Positions 29,831 to 43,127 of a stretch of 64,000 bases of DNA are shown here, in pieces. A model generated the notes under the pieces. That model had not been told where the DNA came from. It searched no databases and worked only from the letters and a program-made list of their open reading frames with translations. The stretch lies in the IMG/VR virus record IMGVR_UViG_3300025997_000005. One strand, given 5' to 3'. The position numbers and the translations under genes were made by a program. This DNA is from a virus. Numbering within the stretch: position 1 is the first letter of the stretch; the number at the start of each line of letters is the position of its first letter.

Positions 29831-30418
29831 ATGAGTGAGATGAAAAACCATATTAAAACTACCTTAAAAGAATTTGTTGCTAAAATTATTAAAGAAGAAC
29901 TTGAAAATGACACATATGCTTCATTTAAAGGTGTAAAGCCATATAAAGAAAGATTATTAGATTTTAAAAATTCAATAAAAACATTCCACGATTTAGATGA
30001 TGATAAAATATTGAAATGTATTGATTTTTTTGGGTGGGAAGGATTTGAAGATGAAGAAGAAGCTTTTAAAGAATTAAAAGAAAGGGTGGAATTTTATAAA
30101 AAATTACCAAATCCTTCAATAATGTATAGAGCAGTTGGTGTTAAAAATAAAAAACTGATAGACATTGAAAATATTGGGGAACACGTTACACCATATAAAT
30201 GGGCTATTGATGGAGATATGCTTTTAATGATTGGTAGTGAGAACTGGGATAATGATGTAGTGCCTTATATAATGGAACTTAGTGTTCCTTTATCTGAAAT
30301 AGATATTATTCAAACAATAATTCAGAATTTATCATTTCCAAATGAACATGAAATAAATTTGAAAAATAAAGGAAAAGGTGCTAAATTTGTAAAAGCATAT
30401 AAATTAAAAGGTTTTTAA
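29831..30418 (+). CDS. Cassette gene: leader (IKTTLKEF...ELE) + possible ART-like domain
   Basis: ATATTTATA at 29805; MYRAV, IGEHVT, EHEI. Confidence 0.5.
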   Translation: MSEMKNHIKTTLKEFVAKIIKEELENDTYASFKGVKPYKERLLDFKNSIKTFHDLDDDKILKCIDFFGWEGFEDEEEAFKELKERVEFYKKLPNPSIMYRAVGVKNKKLIDIENIGEHVTPYKWAIDGDMLLMIGSENWDNDVVPYIMELSVPLSEIDIIQTIIQNLSFPNEHEINLKNKGKGAKFVKAYKLKGF

Positions 30419-30615
30419 AAGTGCGTTGGGAAAATTCTTTTTGTTTTTCATCACAAATGTTAAATAGAAGGACTGAACTAAGGCATGGAGCATAACGGCT
30501 GCAAATATATTGTCGTTTTAATGCAATATATTTGTTGTTAGCACCAGTACGGTAATTTAAGATAAAACTTGATTAAATGGATAATAATTAGTATATTTGT
30601 AAAAAAAATAAATTT

Positions 30616-30987
30616 ATGGAAAAACAATGGAACTGGTTTGAAAAAACCAATAAAAAAGATGCAATTAAAAATGAGTTACAACCATTAATTACTGAAATGA
30701 TTAGTGATGATGTACAGTGTTTATTTATTAGCCCACAAGTTGGCGTAATTTTAGAAGAGTGTGACAATGTGTTTATAATACCTAATGATGAAATAATCCA
30801 TCATAACGAAAATTTAACCGTAGAACATTTTTTTAATTTTTATAAAAATGATGAGCCGATAAGGGTTTACATTGATAGAAACAAAGAAGATGTTGAAATT
30901 ATTGATTTTCGTGGACATAAAGAAATTGTTAATACTTTAAGAATTGGTAGTGATGGATTTTTTACAAAATATAGCAATAAACTTTAA
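30616..30987 (+). CDS. Cassette gene, hypothetical
   Basis: Own TATATTTG promoter inside body 30537-31018. Confidence 0.65.
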   Translation: MEKQWNWFEKTNKKDAIKNELQPLITEMISDDVQCLFISPQVGVILEECDNVFIIPNDEIIHHNENLTVEHFFNFYKNDEPIRVYIDRNKEDVEIIDFRGHKEIVNTLRIGSDGFFTKYSNKL

Positions 30988-31324
30988 ATCGAAGCACTTT
31001 CGTAGTATTGGTGCTAACGGTTGGGTGTATGAGAAGGTTTGCTTGTATAAACTTTCAAATTACCACACTGTTAATAGCAAACTTTCTTATACACCTTGTT
31101 ATAACCAGTACGGTAATTTAAGATAAAACTTGATTAATTGGAAAATAATTAGTATATTTGTAAAATAATGAATTATGGAGAATAGAAGAATTATTAAAGT
31201 AGAAGTTCCAAAAGAAATTTGGGATGCACATATGTCTATTTTTAATTTTAGAAAAGATATATTAGGTGCTTGGATGGAAAGCGTTAGAAAAGTAATTAAC
31301 GAAATGACATTAACAAATTAATTT

Positions 31325-31654
31325 ATGGATAATAGTTTATTAATATTTGGTAATGAAAAACAAAATTACACTTCAGATATATTTTATATTGAAAATGATA
31401 ATGTTTATTTTACCGAAGTAAATGTTTTTAAATTAAACGGAAACATCTACGCAATAGATGATACTTGTAAAGTAGATAGAAATGATATAGTTGATGGAAT
31501 TAACAATGGTGATGATGTTATAATTAAGATAGATAGTTCTTTTTTAGTTGCAGTTATAATACCAAGGAGTTTAGAAACCAAACTAAAAAACGCAATTGAT
31601 AATGAAGATTATGAATTAGCAAAAATAATAAATGATAAAATTAAAAACAAGTAA
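31325..31654 (+). CDS. Cassette gene with C-terminal UVR (UvrB/C) motif
   Basis: LKNAIDNEDYELAKIINDKI. Confidence 0.7.
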   Translation: MDNSLLIFGNEKQNYTSDIFYIENDNVYFTEVNVFKLNGNIYAIDDTCKVDRNDIVDGINNGDDVIIKIDSSFLVAVIIPRSLETKLKNAIDNEDYELAKIINDKIKNK

Positions 31655-33036
31655 AATGGAAAATTTAACAATTAAAATCACTATTAGTGATGATGAAAAA
31701 GAAATCAAAGCTACAAACATCAATGTGGGTGATTATAAAAAAACTAAAGACTTACATGGTATCTCTTTGGTTGATGAAATGGTTAATGAATTATTATCTA
31801 CAATCGAAGCGGATAAGTAGTATTGGTTATAACGTATCGGTTGTATGGTTAGTGCGATTTAATAATAATAAACTTTAATGAAATGACAGAAGCAGAGTAA
31901 ATATTCGAAAAACACATTGGGTTAAATACTGAATTAGGTTATTTGCCTTTTGAAAGACGAACCTTTTAATTATTAACCGCCCTTTTTCTTTTATTTTTTT
32001 TGAGCGTGGGCAAATGCTTGTAAAAGCAATTATTTACAAAATAATTAAAATATTTTGCTTTTTTCTTTGGTAGTTACAAAATAAGTTATATATTTGTAGT
32101 GTAATAATTAATTAATAACAATTTAAAACACAAAATTATGAAAACTTTACATTACATCTTAAACACAAAAACAGACGAAAGCTTTGATACAATAGAAATG
32201 AAATTTTATCCTAATAATTGGGAACCTGAAATGGAAGAGGATAAAGATTATTTACAAAGCTTAATTGACGAAGACCCAGAAAAATTTAAAAACTGTATAA
32301 TCGAAACAAGAACTTTTGAATAATGGCTTACTGGTTTTTAAATAAGCAAACAAAAGAGCCGAGAATATTCTCGACTCTTTGCCTGTTATGTGTGAAGAAA
32401 TTACTGAACTTGATAAGCAAAGTTTAGAGTACCATTTTAGCAGACTGAAAAAAGAAGAATTTGAAAACGATAATTACAGAATTGTTAAGCGTAATCTTGA
32501 GAGGGGTGGAAAAAAATAAAAGAAAAAGATTAGAAGCACTAAACGTTGATACAGCACGGAATTAGGCATAAACTATATACCGTGTTGTGCAATCGTTTTA
32601 ATGTTGCACAACGTTTTTCGGCTTGGTGTCTGTTATTTTGCCTTGCAGACATTTCAAGTTTTAGATAAATTTAATAGGTAAAATAATAGCACCAAACCGC
32701 TGTTAGTGGCTGGTGCGGTAAATTAAACGAAAATGAAATTTCATAAAACAAAAGATGGTAAAAAAATTAAGTTGACTGATTTAGAAACGAATCACTTGAA
32801 AAATATCATTAAATGGATTGAACGGAAAGCAAAGGAAGGATTAACGGTAGGAATGGGCGGTGGCTCGTGTGCTGAAGATATGTGGTATGATGAGGAAACT
32901 TATTATGGCAAAGAAGCTAAAAGCCAACTTAATTTTTCAGACTACAAAGCTGAATTGAAGCGGAGAGTTAGCACTTGCCACTAACGTAGATAGGCTATGA
33001 ATAGTAAGGCGATTTTAAAACACAAAACTTTGAATT

Positions 33037-33225
33037 ATGAAATGGATTAAATTAAAAGACCGAAAGCCATCTTGCGAGATTGATGGTGAAAAGATGTTGG
33101 TTTACAGAATAATGAATGAAAGCCAAGCGAGTATGGCAATAAGCATCCTTGATACGAAGATGATTAAATACAGTAATGAGGATGAAACTTGGTGGATGGC
33201 TTTACCTGATGAACCACGAACCTAA
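33037..33225 (+). CDS. DUF551-like small protein encoded inside an attC loop
   Basis: WIKLKDRKP...WWMALPDEP; lies between hairpin arms at 32982 and 33247. Confidence 0.65.
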   Translation: MKWIKLKDRKPSCEIDGEKMLVYRIMNESQASMAISILDTKMIKYSNEDETWWMALPDEPRT

Positions 33226-34494
33226 GCCTTATTATTTATAGCCTTTGTTGTAAAATCGTTTTAATGTTTTACAACGATTTGCAGCTAACCGAAGTTGGCG
33301 ATTACGAAGCACAAAACTTGAATTTAAAAAAAATGTATAATCGAAGCATAAACGTTGATATAACCACTGAACCGCCAATTTTGGTTAGGTGCTGTTATAA
33401 GCCGTTTTTCTTCACAAATTTTAAATAAAATGTATAATAAAATACCAGATAACAAAGTAAAAGAAGCTATAAAGGATTATAGTATTACCAAATTGAAATT
33501 ATTTATAGATGCAATGGATATAGCTAATGAAAAAGCAGAAAGAGGTTCAGATGTTCGTTTCCAAACTTATGATGCTAAACAAGTAGCTATCGACTTGCTT
33601 TATGAAAAGACGTGTAGTTTCTTAAATGGCTTATAACGGAAAAATGTAAAAAATCGTTGCGATATGAATGAAGAACTATTTGGAAAACTGCACGAACAAG
33701 AAGAATATGGATTGTTTGGGAAGGAACACGAACGCCAGCAATGTTTTTTACATAGTGTTAGCACCAGTGCCTACACGAAATTAAATATTAAAACTTAAAT
33801 AAAAATACAATGGCAAAAACAGTAAAATTACCCGATAACATTTCCGAAGAAGAATTAGTAAGGCTTTCTAAAATGAAAGAACTTTATATGACATACACCA
33901 ATGAAGGATTAAAAGATGATGAGTATGAACAAATGAGGCAATTAGCAGAAGAATTATCTTACTGTTTTGCTGTCGATACGAAGGTCTGATGGCATTGGTG
34001 CTAACGGTTTGCAGATAGGCGATGTGGCGGATTTTGGAACGCTGAACTATCTGTAAGCACTTAACTTGATTTGAAACACTAAACTTAATATTAACCGAGA
34101 AACCCGCCATAGTGCTGTTATGTGCTGGCCTTCTCAAAAACTCAAATAGAATGATAAACAAAATAATTGAAATCGCATTTAGTGGCTTTTGGCCATTTGT
34201 AGGAATGATGATATTACTAAACGGAGCGGCCTATTTTGCTGTAAACGGTTTGGTAAAAATGTGGAGCAGGTTTATGAGAATGTTAATGGTTAGGAAACAT
34301 GGTTGGCCGCCTATTCATTTAGATGCTGATGGCGATTGGAAACCTGAGCCAAAAGCTGACTATGACGCTAATTAGGCTTGCACATAACGGTTGCAAATAT
34401 AAAACGTTGTAACAAAAATTATAATTAGTGTAACAAAATTTGAAATTAAACGTATAATATAATTGAAAAACGACAGCAATGTTTTATATTTGTT

Positions 34495-34611
34495 GTTATA
34501 TTTCAGTTTTGGGGATGAGTTTCAGTAAAACTCCTTGAACTATTTGCCATCTGAGAAGGATGCGGTCTGAATTAACAGATACACAATGGTTTCCCCAAAA
34601 TTGAATATAAC
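34495..34611 (+). ncRNA. ORF-less cassette, putative small structured RNA
   Basis: TTTTGGGGA/TCCCCAAAA closing stem with three internal hairpins. Confidence 0.4.
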
Positions 34612-35378
34612 GTTACGCAAGTATGAAACGTGCCAACACAAACTTTGATTGAAACAATGGACATTAAATTAACATAAATATTAACTTAGATGCAGGATAG
34701 GCATGTTTTATACTTGCTGTTAGGCATCTGTAAAAATTACGGATATGAAAGACCAAGACAAACAAATGATGAAATTTAGAGCAAAAGAAGAATTGAAGAT
34801 AAAACTTCTCAAAGTTATATTAGACTATAAAAGTGAAGAAGAACCTAAATGTGAATTAACAAGCACTGATATTATTAATGTTTTATCTTCAATGATAGTA
34901 AGACAAACTGAGTAATTTTTATTGTGCCTAACGTTTTGCGTGTATATGTCAGGGGGGCGATTAGAAGCTCTAACTTTTCAATTACGCAGAAAGTTTGACA
35001 GAAGAACTAAACTTGAATAAACCACAGAACCGCCACTTGCATATACACGCTGTTAGTGGCTGGGCTTTTCACAAAAAAAATTAAAATGACAGACGAAATT
35101 AAAAGACTGAAAAAAGAACTGAAAGACTGGAAATCTCAAGAAGTTAAAGAACGATTTGAAAGAGTTAATTCTCAACTTCATCTTGTTACTATCAATGAAT
35201 TGCAACACAAAATTAAAAGATTGAAACGTGGTGAAGATATTTAGGTCGTTCTTTAGCCTTGCCACTAACGAAAAGTTTATGGCGTGTTGCGTGAACAGAG
35301 AATTAACTTAACAAATAGATAATGAAACATAGTGAAGATATTAAAATGGAAATTGGGGGTAAATTTATAAGTAAAAAT

Positions 35379-35855
35379 ATGGAAATAAGAAAATTAATAG
35401 ATAAAGTTAAAAACTTTGGTAAAACCAAAGTGTATAAATGTGTTGATGGTGTTTACGATAAAAACCGAAGTGGTGTTGATTATTTAGCGGTTAACTTAGA
35501 TTACGCTAAAAAATTCGGTGATAATTGTTATAAAATAACCATAGATACAACAAATTATAATATTCTAAAATTAGATAAATGGAATAAAATTTATAGTGAA
35601 AAAACTGGTAAAAACGGAAATAGATTTAATAGACAACAAGGATTATTCGTAATCGGTGATATAGCAATTACATCAAATTACAAAGAAGAACTTGATTTAT
35701 TTTCAAATGTTTTGGGAGAATACTTATCAAGCAAATTTCTAACTGAATTGAATAGTTGCGATGCTATTTACGGAGAAGACGCAGGATATGTAGGTGAATT
35801 TGTTTTTGCTGTAAAAAATAAAGATATGATACTTGAAATCGAAGCACTTTCGTAG
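35379..35855 (+). CDS. Cassette gene, possible ART-like protein
   Basis: VYK, YLAVNLDYAKKFG, DAI, E motifs. Confidence 0.4.
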   Translation: MEIRKLIDKVKNFGKTKVYKCVDGVYDKNRSGVDYLAVNLDYAKKFGDNCYKITIDTTNYNILKLDKWNKIYSEKTGKNGNRFNRQQGLFVIGDIAITSNYKEELDLFSNVLGEYLSSKFLTELNSCDAIYGEDAGYVGEFVFAVKNKDMILEIEALS

Positions 35856-38586
35856 TATTGGTGCTAACGTTTAGTGTATGGCAAGTAAGCCACGCACGAA
35901 ACTATCAAATTAGTACAAACTTTAATGGCTTATTTGCTATACACTTTGTTAGCATTTCGGCTTTTGTTAAACAATAATATTTAAAAATATGAATGAATTG
36001 AACGATTGGCAAACAGAAATAACAATTGATGCTTTAAATCATTATTGGCGTTATGTTGTTGAAAAACTATCTCAGACAGACTTAGGAGATATTGAACGCA
36101 AGAATTTAGAGTTAGATAAAGAAAGAACTCATTCAACTCTACGGCATCTCGGAGCATTTTAAGCTGAATGCTAACGGTTGCAAATATAAGTAGTTATTAA
36201 CTAAACTTAATTAAAAGAGTAAAAATATTATTAAACAACAATATTTATTAAAAGTAATGAAATAATTGCTTATATTTGTTGTTATAAATATGTAAAAATT
36301 ATGTATAAAAAGAAAGAACAATTTGCAGTTTATGAAAAAGAACCTGCACATGGAAAAGATAAGAATGGTGTGATACTTGCACCATATAATACAAAAGAAG
36401 AAGCAGAAACTGCAAAGAAGCAATATGGTTATGATAACGATAATTATTATGTTGATATACTTAGGTAATAATTTTTATTATTTATAACGTTTTGTAGCTA
36501 TAAGCAGTTGCCAATAAAACTGCCTAAACTTCAAATTAATAAACAATGAAAACAAGAACAAAACGGTCTTTAAATTTAAGACAAAAGTGGCAATTGCTTA
36601 TAACCACTGTTATGAGTAGTGCGGTGTTGTTAAAAGCAAATCACATTTTATTTTGGTGGTATTATAAAAGAGTTCCAAAATTCTTTCATAAATGGACAAT
36701 TTTAAAAAGTGTTACACTACTTAAGCAAAATTATGAACACGCAGAATTTAGATATGAAGGGTTAAATGAAGTTGTTAGAAATGCTTCAAAAAGGGAAAGA
36801 GAAATGACTACTGAAATTTCTAATTTAAGATTAAAATTAATGGGAGTTTCTCAAGATGTTATTGACCCTTTAAATGAAATTTTCGGAACGAATTTAAAAG
36901 GAAAATCGACTTTTGAAAGGGATAATTAGCATTACTCATAACGGTTACGTATAAGAAACGTTGCCATTTTGAAACACGAATGTTAAACTTAAAATAAACT
37001 TGATATGAAATACGAATTTAAAATTACCGATGAAGCTGGCAATGTTTTTTTATACGATGTTAGCCGTAGTTCATCTGATGAAGAAAAAAGTTTGAATGAC
37101 TTCATTTTAGAGGCATTACAGATTTCGGAAGATAAACGTAAGCTACCATTTAAAATACAATGCCCAAACAATTTAGAAGTATATCCTTTATTAAAAATGA
37201 AGTTTGAAAACTATGGTTCGCCACTGCTCGGAGATAAGCTCGAAGCAATGCACGTAACATGGCGTGATTGAATTACGGCTAACGGACGAGTGTATGAAAA
37301 TTAGCCCATACATAGGCGTTCGGAATTATTACAAAACTTAATTAGGCTATTTTTTATACACATTGTTAGAAACCTTTTTTATTATGACAGTAGTACAAGA
37401 ATTAATTGATTATATTAAAACTTATACAAGTTTGAATGACCCTTTGAGAAATAATATAGATGCAGATATTCAAATTTGGTTGAACAAAGAGAAAAAGCAA
37501 ATAGTTGATGCCGTAAATAATGGATGTAAATCTAGGTGTAATATAGATGCTCCAAGAGATGGGGAAACTTATTATAAAGAACGTTTCTCAAATGGTGGCT
37601 AACGGACGGGTATAAACCATCGTTTTAATGTGGTTTATACCTTGTTACCTGCTGGTGCGGTTAATTAACGATAAACTTAAATTAATACACAAGTTTGAAG
37701 AAAAAAGTGGTAGAACATGTGTTGAATTCAGGATATTTTCTGATGGAAGTGGAACTATAAATGAATATGATGTTGAACTTTTTTCTTTTGATACATTAGA
37801 TTACTTAATACAATGGTTGGAAGCATAATTTTTATGTTTGCTAACGAACGAGTGTATGGGTAGTTTTTGCCCGATTAAATAAAACTGAATTATGGATAAG
37901 ATTAAAGAATTAACAGACTTTTATATGTGGATGCAAGAAAATGACTATGACCACAACATAAGAGCAAGAGTTGAAAAAAAAGCAGAAATGTACTTAAAAG
38001 GTATTAACGTAGGGCAAAAATTACCTATACACAATGTTAGCAATCTTTTATGTGGCTCTTTCGACCCTGACAATAGCACAAGCAGTGCCACTAAATGTAA
38101 ATGCGGACGTGAGAAATGTGAACACCCCAAAGCCACATAATTGTTGCTAACGGCAAGGTATAAAAACAGTAGCGACATGAAAGAAAAGATAACTGAATTA
38201 ATGGAAAGATTTGATGAAGGAAACATGTGTATAAATGACCTAGAGCAAGAGCTATTGGTTTTATACAATGTTACCCCACGTTATTCTGTTTCATTGGTAT
38301 TTGTAAACGCAAGAGAAAACCTTTTGCGATGCTTAATAACTGATGCTTCAAATGAACACGAGGCTTTAGGTAAAGCACTTGACCACTTTAAAGAAGAAAC
38401 AAAAGGTTTTAATCTAAGTATGAAAGTTGTACTCCCTGCTTATAATGTGGGGTAACGGTTTGGCTATGTGCCGTTGTGAGGTACGAGCAATGGACATATA
38501 GCCGTTGTTACCATTAGTACGGTAAAATTATTACAAAACTTTTTAATATTCCTTTTGTATTTACAAATTATTTACTATATTTGCAT

Positions 38587-38842
38587 AAGTTCTTTGAGTA
38601 AACAAAACCGAAAACGTGAAAGCAACAAGATGCGGTCTATGGAGATGAGAGTTATGAAGGTTATACGCTATATAAGATAGGGAAAAAGTACGCTTTAGGA
38701 AAATAAAACCCGAACACTTGGCGAAGTGTTCAACCTAAATAAACGGTGGTGTCATAGTTATGCAGGAATTAAAACCGATGCACTGAAAAGAATGTGTTGA
38801 CAGGCTTGATAACAGGCGACTGGGCTGATACTCAAAGAACTT
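38587..38842 (+). ncRNA. Promoter-driven ORF-less cassette, putative ~255-nt structured RNA
   Basis: TATATTTG promoter directly upstream; perfect 14-bp terminal IR AAGTTCTTTGAGTA/TACTCAAAGAACTT; internal GAACACTT/AAGTGTTC hairpin. Confidence 0.55.
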
Positions 38843-39338
38843 TATTATTATAAATTAAGACAAAAAATAAAAAATAACGATATGAATGACTGAAGATACC
38901 AAACAGAAAGCAGTTAATTTATCTGTTTTGGTATTAGGAACTGAAAATATAAGCGGTTATATAAGCTACTTAATCAATAAGGCACATTTAGAAGCACAGA
39001 AGTAGTATTAATGGTAACGTATCGCAGCTAAACGCCTGTGTCCCGCAGGGCATGGCGTTTTAGGTGTTGTTATCTTCTGTTTTTGCGTGCGGTGGGAAAA
39101 TATATTTGTACCTGATTTGGTACTTCCAAATATTATGCGTACCTTTGTTGGTACAAGCACTAAAATATAAAGTTATGCTGAAATGTAAAAAATGCTCTTA
39201 TGAATTTGAAGTACCAAAGAATGCAATTGAACCTGTCTTTGCCATATACTGTAAAGCATGTATCAAAGAAGGTTTAAAAAAAATGGCTAAAATGCCGCTC
39301 AAAGAATACATGAAAATGACAGCTAAATCAATTGGACT

Positions 39339-39623
39339 ATGAATTTGACAGACGAGCAACTCAATGCCTTTCGCAAATTGTGGTTTATATACGGCAATGA
39401 CGGGGGGAAATGCACAATGCTTAACCATAAGCTGGTGCAAGGTTTTTACCAATACCACGAAGATAGGCGGGAAGCCTACCGAGAGGCAGAAAAGAACATG
39501 ACCGAACGCTTTGGTAAGGACAGCCCACGGCTGAAAGACCTCCCCACCGAAGAATGTTTTCAGGTATGCGGTTTGGTATTGGATGGAAAAATAGCTAAAG
39601 CGTTAGAAATAGCTAAAGAATGA
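39339..39623 (+). CDS. Cassette gene, hypothetical (GC-richer than surroundings)
   Basis: ATGA-coupled in a three-gene cassette. Confidence 0.7.
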   Translation: MNLTDEQLNAFRKLWFIYGNDGGKCTMLNHKLVQGFYQYHEDRREAYREAEKNMTERFGKDSPRLKDLPTEECFQVCGLVLDGKIAKALEIAKE

Positions 39624-39796
39624 AAGACTGGCTAAAAGAAAGACCTTGCCTTTCGCTTCGTTGTTTGGAACGTGAGGCAGGGCTTCCTACTAAAACCCTT
39701 AGCCATTACTTGCAGGGGAGGCGGGAATTGAATGAGCAACATCTTCAAAAGCTGACTCCTGTACTTGAGCGGTATGGGTGGGAAAGCAAAAATTGA
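39620..39796 (+). CDS. Small HTH protein closing a three-gene cassette
   Basis: LRCLEREAGLPTKTLSHYLQGRR (below the ORF-track length cutoff). Confidence 0.7.
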   Translation: MKDWLKERPCLSLRCLEREAGLPTKTLSHYLQGRRELNEQHLQKLTPVLERYGWESKN

Positions 39797-40521
39797 AGAT
39801 AACGTTAAAAATAAACGCAGAACGATGAAAGAGAAAATAGAACAGATGTACATACAGGCTTTGATAGATGACCTTGCGCCCAATGTATTCGCAGACCAAG
39901 TTTTGCGTTTATTGGGTGTTGGCACACGTACTTTCCGATTTTCTGGAATGGCAAACGGAGTGAAGTTTGTAATAAATGTACAAGCACCAAACAGGGAATC
40001 AGCTATTGCTTACTTTGAAGATGAACATCCTAAACTGAATTGGAGGACAACTACTGAAATAACGGACATTTCTTAGTATGTGTGCCAACGGTTGGGTATA
40101 TATGCAGTACCTTTGCACGAACTTTGAATATTAGTATAAACCTTAATAAGGTATTGCATATATACCTTGTTAGCAACAGTAATATTTTATGAACGAAATT
40201 AAAATCGGAGAAAATAGATTAATTCCCAAAGGAACTAAGTTTTGGTCAATCAAAAACCAAACAAATATTTTATTGGATGAAGATGCTATTGTAGAAGTAA
40301 AACATACTTGTATTGGAAGTGATGTGGTTTTTGTTGAACCAAAACAGTTGATATTTAATATGATTGGACACATACCAACATTAATAGGAAGAGGAACTGA
40401 TGAATGGGAATTAAGCTATTCCAAAACATTACCATATACTGTTCCAGAAGCACAATTCTAATTATTGTTGCTAACGTTTTGGGTATGGTTAGTTTTTTAA
40501 CGGGTAAATAAAACAGAAATT

Positions 40522-40770
40522 ATGATAAAAGAAATAGAAAATAAAATAGGACAATTGCAATACGAGATTAGTTGTTTAGGATTGGATAAAGAAGAATTGA
40601 CTGGTGTTAGTGTAAGAACGGAAGAATTAAAGGTACTAGTTAAAAAATTAACTATACCCGTTGTTGTAGGGCGAAGCGAACAGTTAAAATGCGAACACAA
40701 AGGTCGCAGAACAGCAACTGAACTCGTGGAATATTGCGAAGATTGTAAAAAGATACTTTACCATCCGTAG
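40522..40770 (+). CDS. Loop-to-body fusion ORF with C-terminal zinc-finger module
   Basis: VVGRSEQLKCEH...CEDC shared with 52467-52712. Confidence 0.75.
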   Translation: MIKEIENKIGQLQYEISCLGLDKEELTGVSVRTEELKVLVKKLTIPVVVGRSEQLKCEHKGRRTATELVEYCEDCKKILYHP

Positions 40771-40936
40771 CATTTTAATTGCCTACAACGGATGGTGCTA
40801 TATGTCAGGTTTGCCTTGTAGAAATTGTCAAGTTACAACAAACTTAATGGCAAACTTGCATATAGCACGTGTTATAGCCAGTACGGTTTAATTAGTACAA
40901 AACTTTAATCGAAGAACTAAAAAAAGAATTTAAAAA

Positions 40937-42022
40937 ATGAGCGTGGGAAAAGAAAAAATAAATGTATTGAGTTTGTTTGATGGTATTAGCTGTGGACAGA
41001 TTGCGTTAGAACGACAAGGAATTGAAGTTGAAAATTACTTTGCTTCTGAAATTGAGCCATCACCAATAAAAGTAACACAAGCAAATTATCCAAATACAAA
41101 GCAATTAGGAAGTGTTTTGACTGTAAAAGGTGCTGACTTACCAAAGATTGATTTATTGATAGGTGGAAGCCCTTGTCAAGGGTTTTCATTTGCAGGGAAG
41201 CAACTAAACTTTGATGACCCAAGAAGTAAACTGTTTTTTGAGTTTGTGAGATTGAAAAACGAATGTAATCCGACTTACTTTTTATTGGAAAATGTAAAGA
41301 TGAAAAAGGAATACCAAAATATAATTTCAAGTTATTTAGGTGTAGAGCCAATAATGATAAACTCAAATTTAGTATCAGCACAAAATAGAGTTAGGTATTA
41401 TTGGACAAACATACCAGTAAAAGGATTACCAAACGATAAAACCATCCTACTAAAAGATATTACCGAAGATGGATTGCAAAGTTTAGGTTTAGCACAAAGA
41501 GGTAGATACGATGAGAATGGGAAAGTAATTCAGAAATATGAGTTGAACGGTACAGAAAAAAGCAATGCAATGACAACCGTTGCAAAAGATACTTTGCTAT
41601 TTATACCTGTTGACAAACATTCTTCAAACTCTGGATTAGTTTGCTTGGGTGGTGTAATGAAACCAACACATAAACTTTGGCTTGATAATGGAAAATTATT
41701 ACAGCGTAATTTTTCACAAGGAAATAGAGTTTATTCAAGCAATGGAAAATCAGCAACACTAAACGCAAATAGCGGTGGGATTGGTGGAAAAACGGGACTA
41801 TATGAGATTGAGGGTGTAATTAGAAAACTAACAAGATTAGAGTGTGAAAGATTGCAAACTGTACCTGATGGATATACAAACTCAATTTCAGACACACAAG
41901 CAATTAAGGCGCTTGGTAATGGCTGGACTGTGGATGTGATTTCTTTTATTTTTTCTTTTTTGAGAGGGGAAAATTTTTTAAATTCTTTTTCTTACGAAAG
42001 TTCAATCGAAGCACAAAAGTAG
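40937..42022 (+). CDS. DNA (cytosine-5)-methyltransferase (cassette)
   Basis: LSLFDG, GGSPCQ, ENV, QNRVRYYW, RLQT, LGNGW. Confidence 0.93.
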   Translation: MSVGKEKINVLSLFDGISCGQIALERQGIEVENYFASEIEPSPIKVTQANYPNTKQLGSVLTVKGADLPKIDLLIGGSPCQGFSFAGKQLNFDDPRSKLFFEFVRLKNECNPTYFLLENVKMKKEYQNIISSYLGVEPIMINSNLVSAQNRVRYYWTNIPVKGLPNDKTILLKDITEDGLQSLGLAQRGRYDENGKVIQKYELNGTEKSNAMTTVAKDTLLFIPVDKHSSNSGLVCLGGVMKPTHKLWLDNGKLLQRNFSQGNRVYSSNGKSATLNANSGGIGGKTGLYEIEGVIRKLTRLECERLQTVPDGYTNSISDTQAIKALGNGWTVDVISFIFSFLRGENFLNSFSYESSIEAQK

Positions 42023-43127
42023 TATTGGCTATAACGTGATGCAGCTAAACGCTGCGGAGCGTAGCGGAGTTGCGATTTAGGTGCTGTTATGCATCTGGTG
42101 GCGGACTTAAAAGACAAATATTATGAAAAATAAAGCAGATTACAGTAAATACGAATGCCCATACTCGCATTTAGAAAAGGAAAGTGGACACGAACTGCAC
42201 GGACCAGAAGGTTATCAAGATTGCTATGGTGTATGGTGTGCTTGTGGTTTTCGAGCACCTGTATTTTATTTAGAGCCTGATGAATTAGGACTAAAGTTGA
42301 AAAAGGAAACGGATGTAGCCACTTGTGCATAACGGGAAGTATATGCGTTCGGTTGCGATTAGAAGCACGAACGTATCAATTTAAAAGAAAACTTAATAGA
42401 ATGGAAAAAGTATCGAATAAGCACCAAACTGCAACTGACGTATATACAGTGTTACCCACCGTTTTTGATTCGGTGGCTGATGCCGTTAAAAAACTAAAAC
42501 TTGACAAAAGGCATAAATGGGAAGAGTTTTGCGGTGAATTAGTTTACCCTTACAAGTATAGCCACGCTTGTAGTGGATGTGCAGAACAAAAAGAAATGCA
42601 ACAAACACCACAAAAAGGTTGTGGATGCCATGAATGTGGATATACAGGTAGAAAGCGTGATGTAGTTCCTGTACCTGCATTTATGCCTGACGGAAGTATT
42701 GTGAAAGTACGTTCTTCAAATGGTGGGTAACGGTTGAGGCTAAAAGCAGTTGCCTATAACAAATACTGCTTGATAACACGCTTAGTTGCAATTGCTTTTT
42801 AGCCTTTGTTATAAGCTGTAAAAATTAAACTTATGAATTGGGTAATTTGGAATAAAACAAAAGACAAGTTTTGGGATGATAAAAATAAAGATTGGAGCAA
42901 TCAATTTTATGCTACAAAATTTACGTTTAAAGAACTTGAAAAGCGATTAGAAACAAAAACTTGGCTTGGTGGTGGAGATGTGATATTAGCAGTAGTAGCG
43001 GTGTATGTTTAATTTTTATTGCTTATAACGATAGGTATATGGTTTGTGCCTTTTGAAAAACGAACCTTTTAATTATTAACCGCCCTTTTTCTTTTATTTT
43101 TTTAGCGAGGGCAAAAGAACTAAAATT

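Noticed and set aside
9557-31900. Stop-codon reassignment
   Set aside because: The few internal stops are mixed (TAA at ~9593 and ~31898, TAG at ~17966 with a frameshift); conserved genes are full length in code 11; no suppressor tRNA seen
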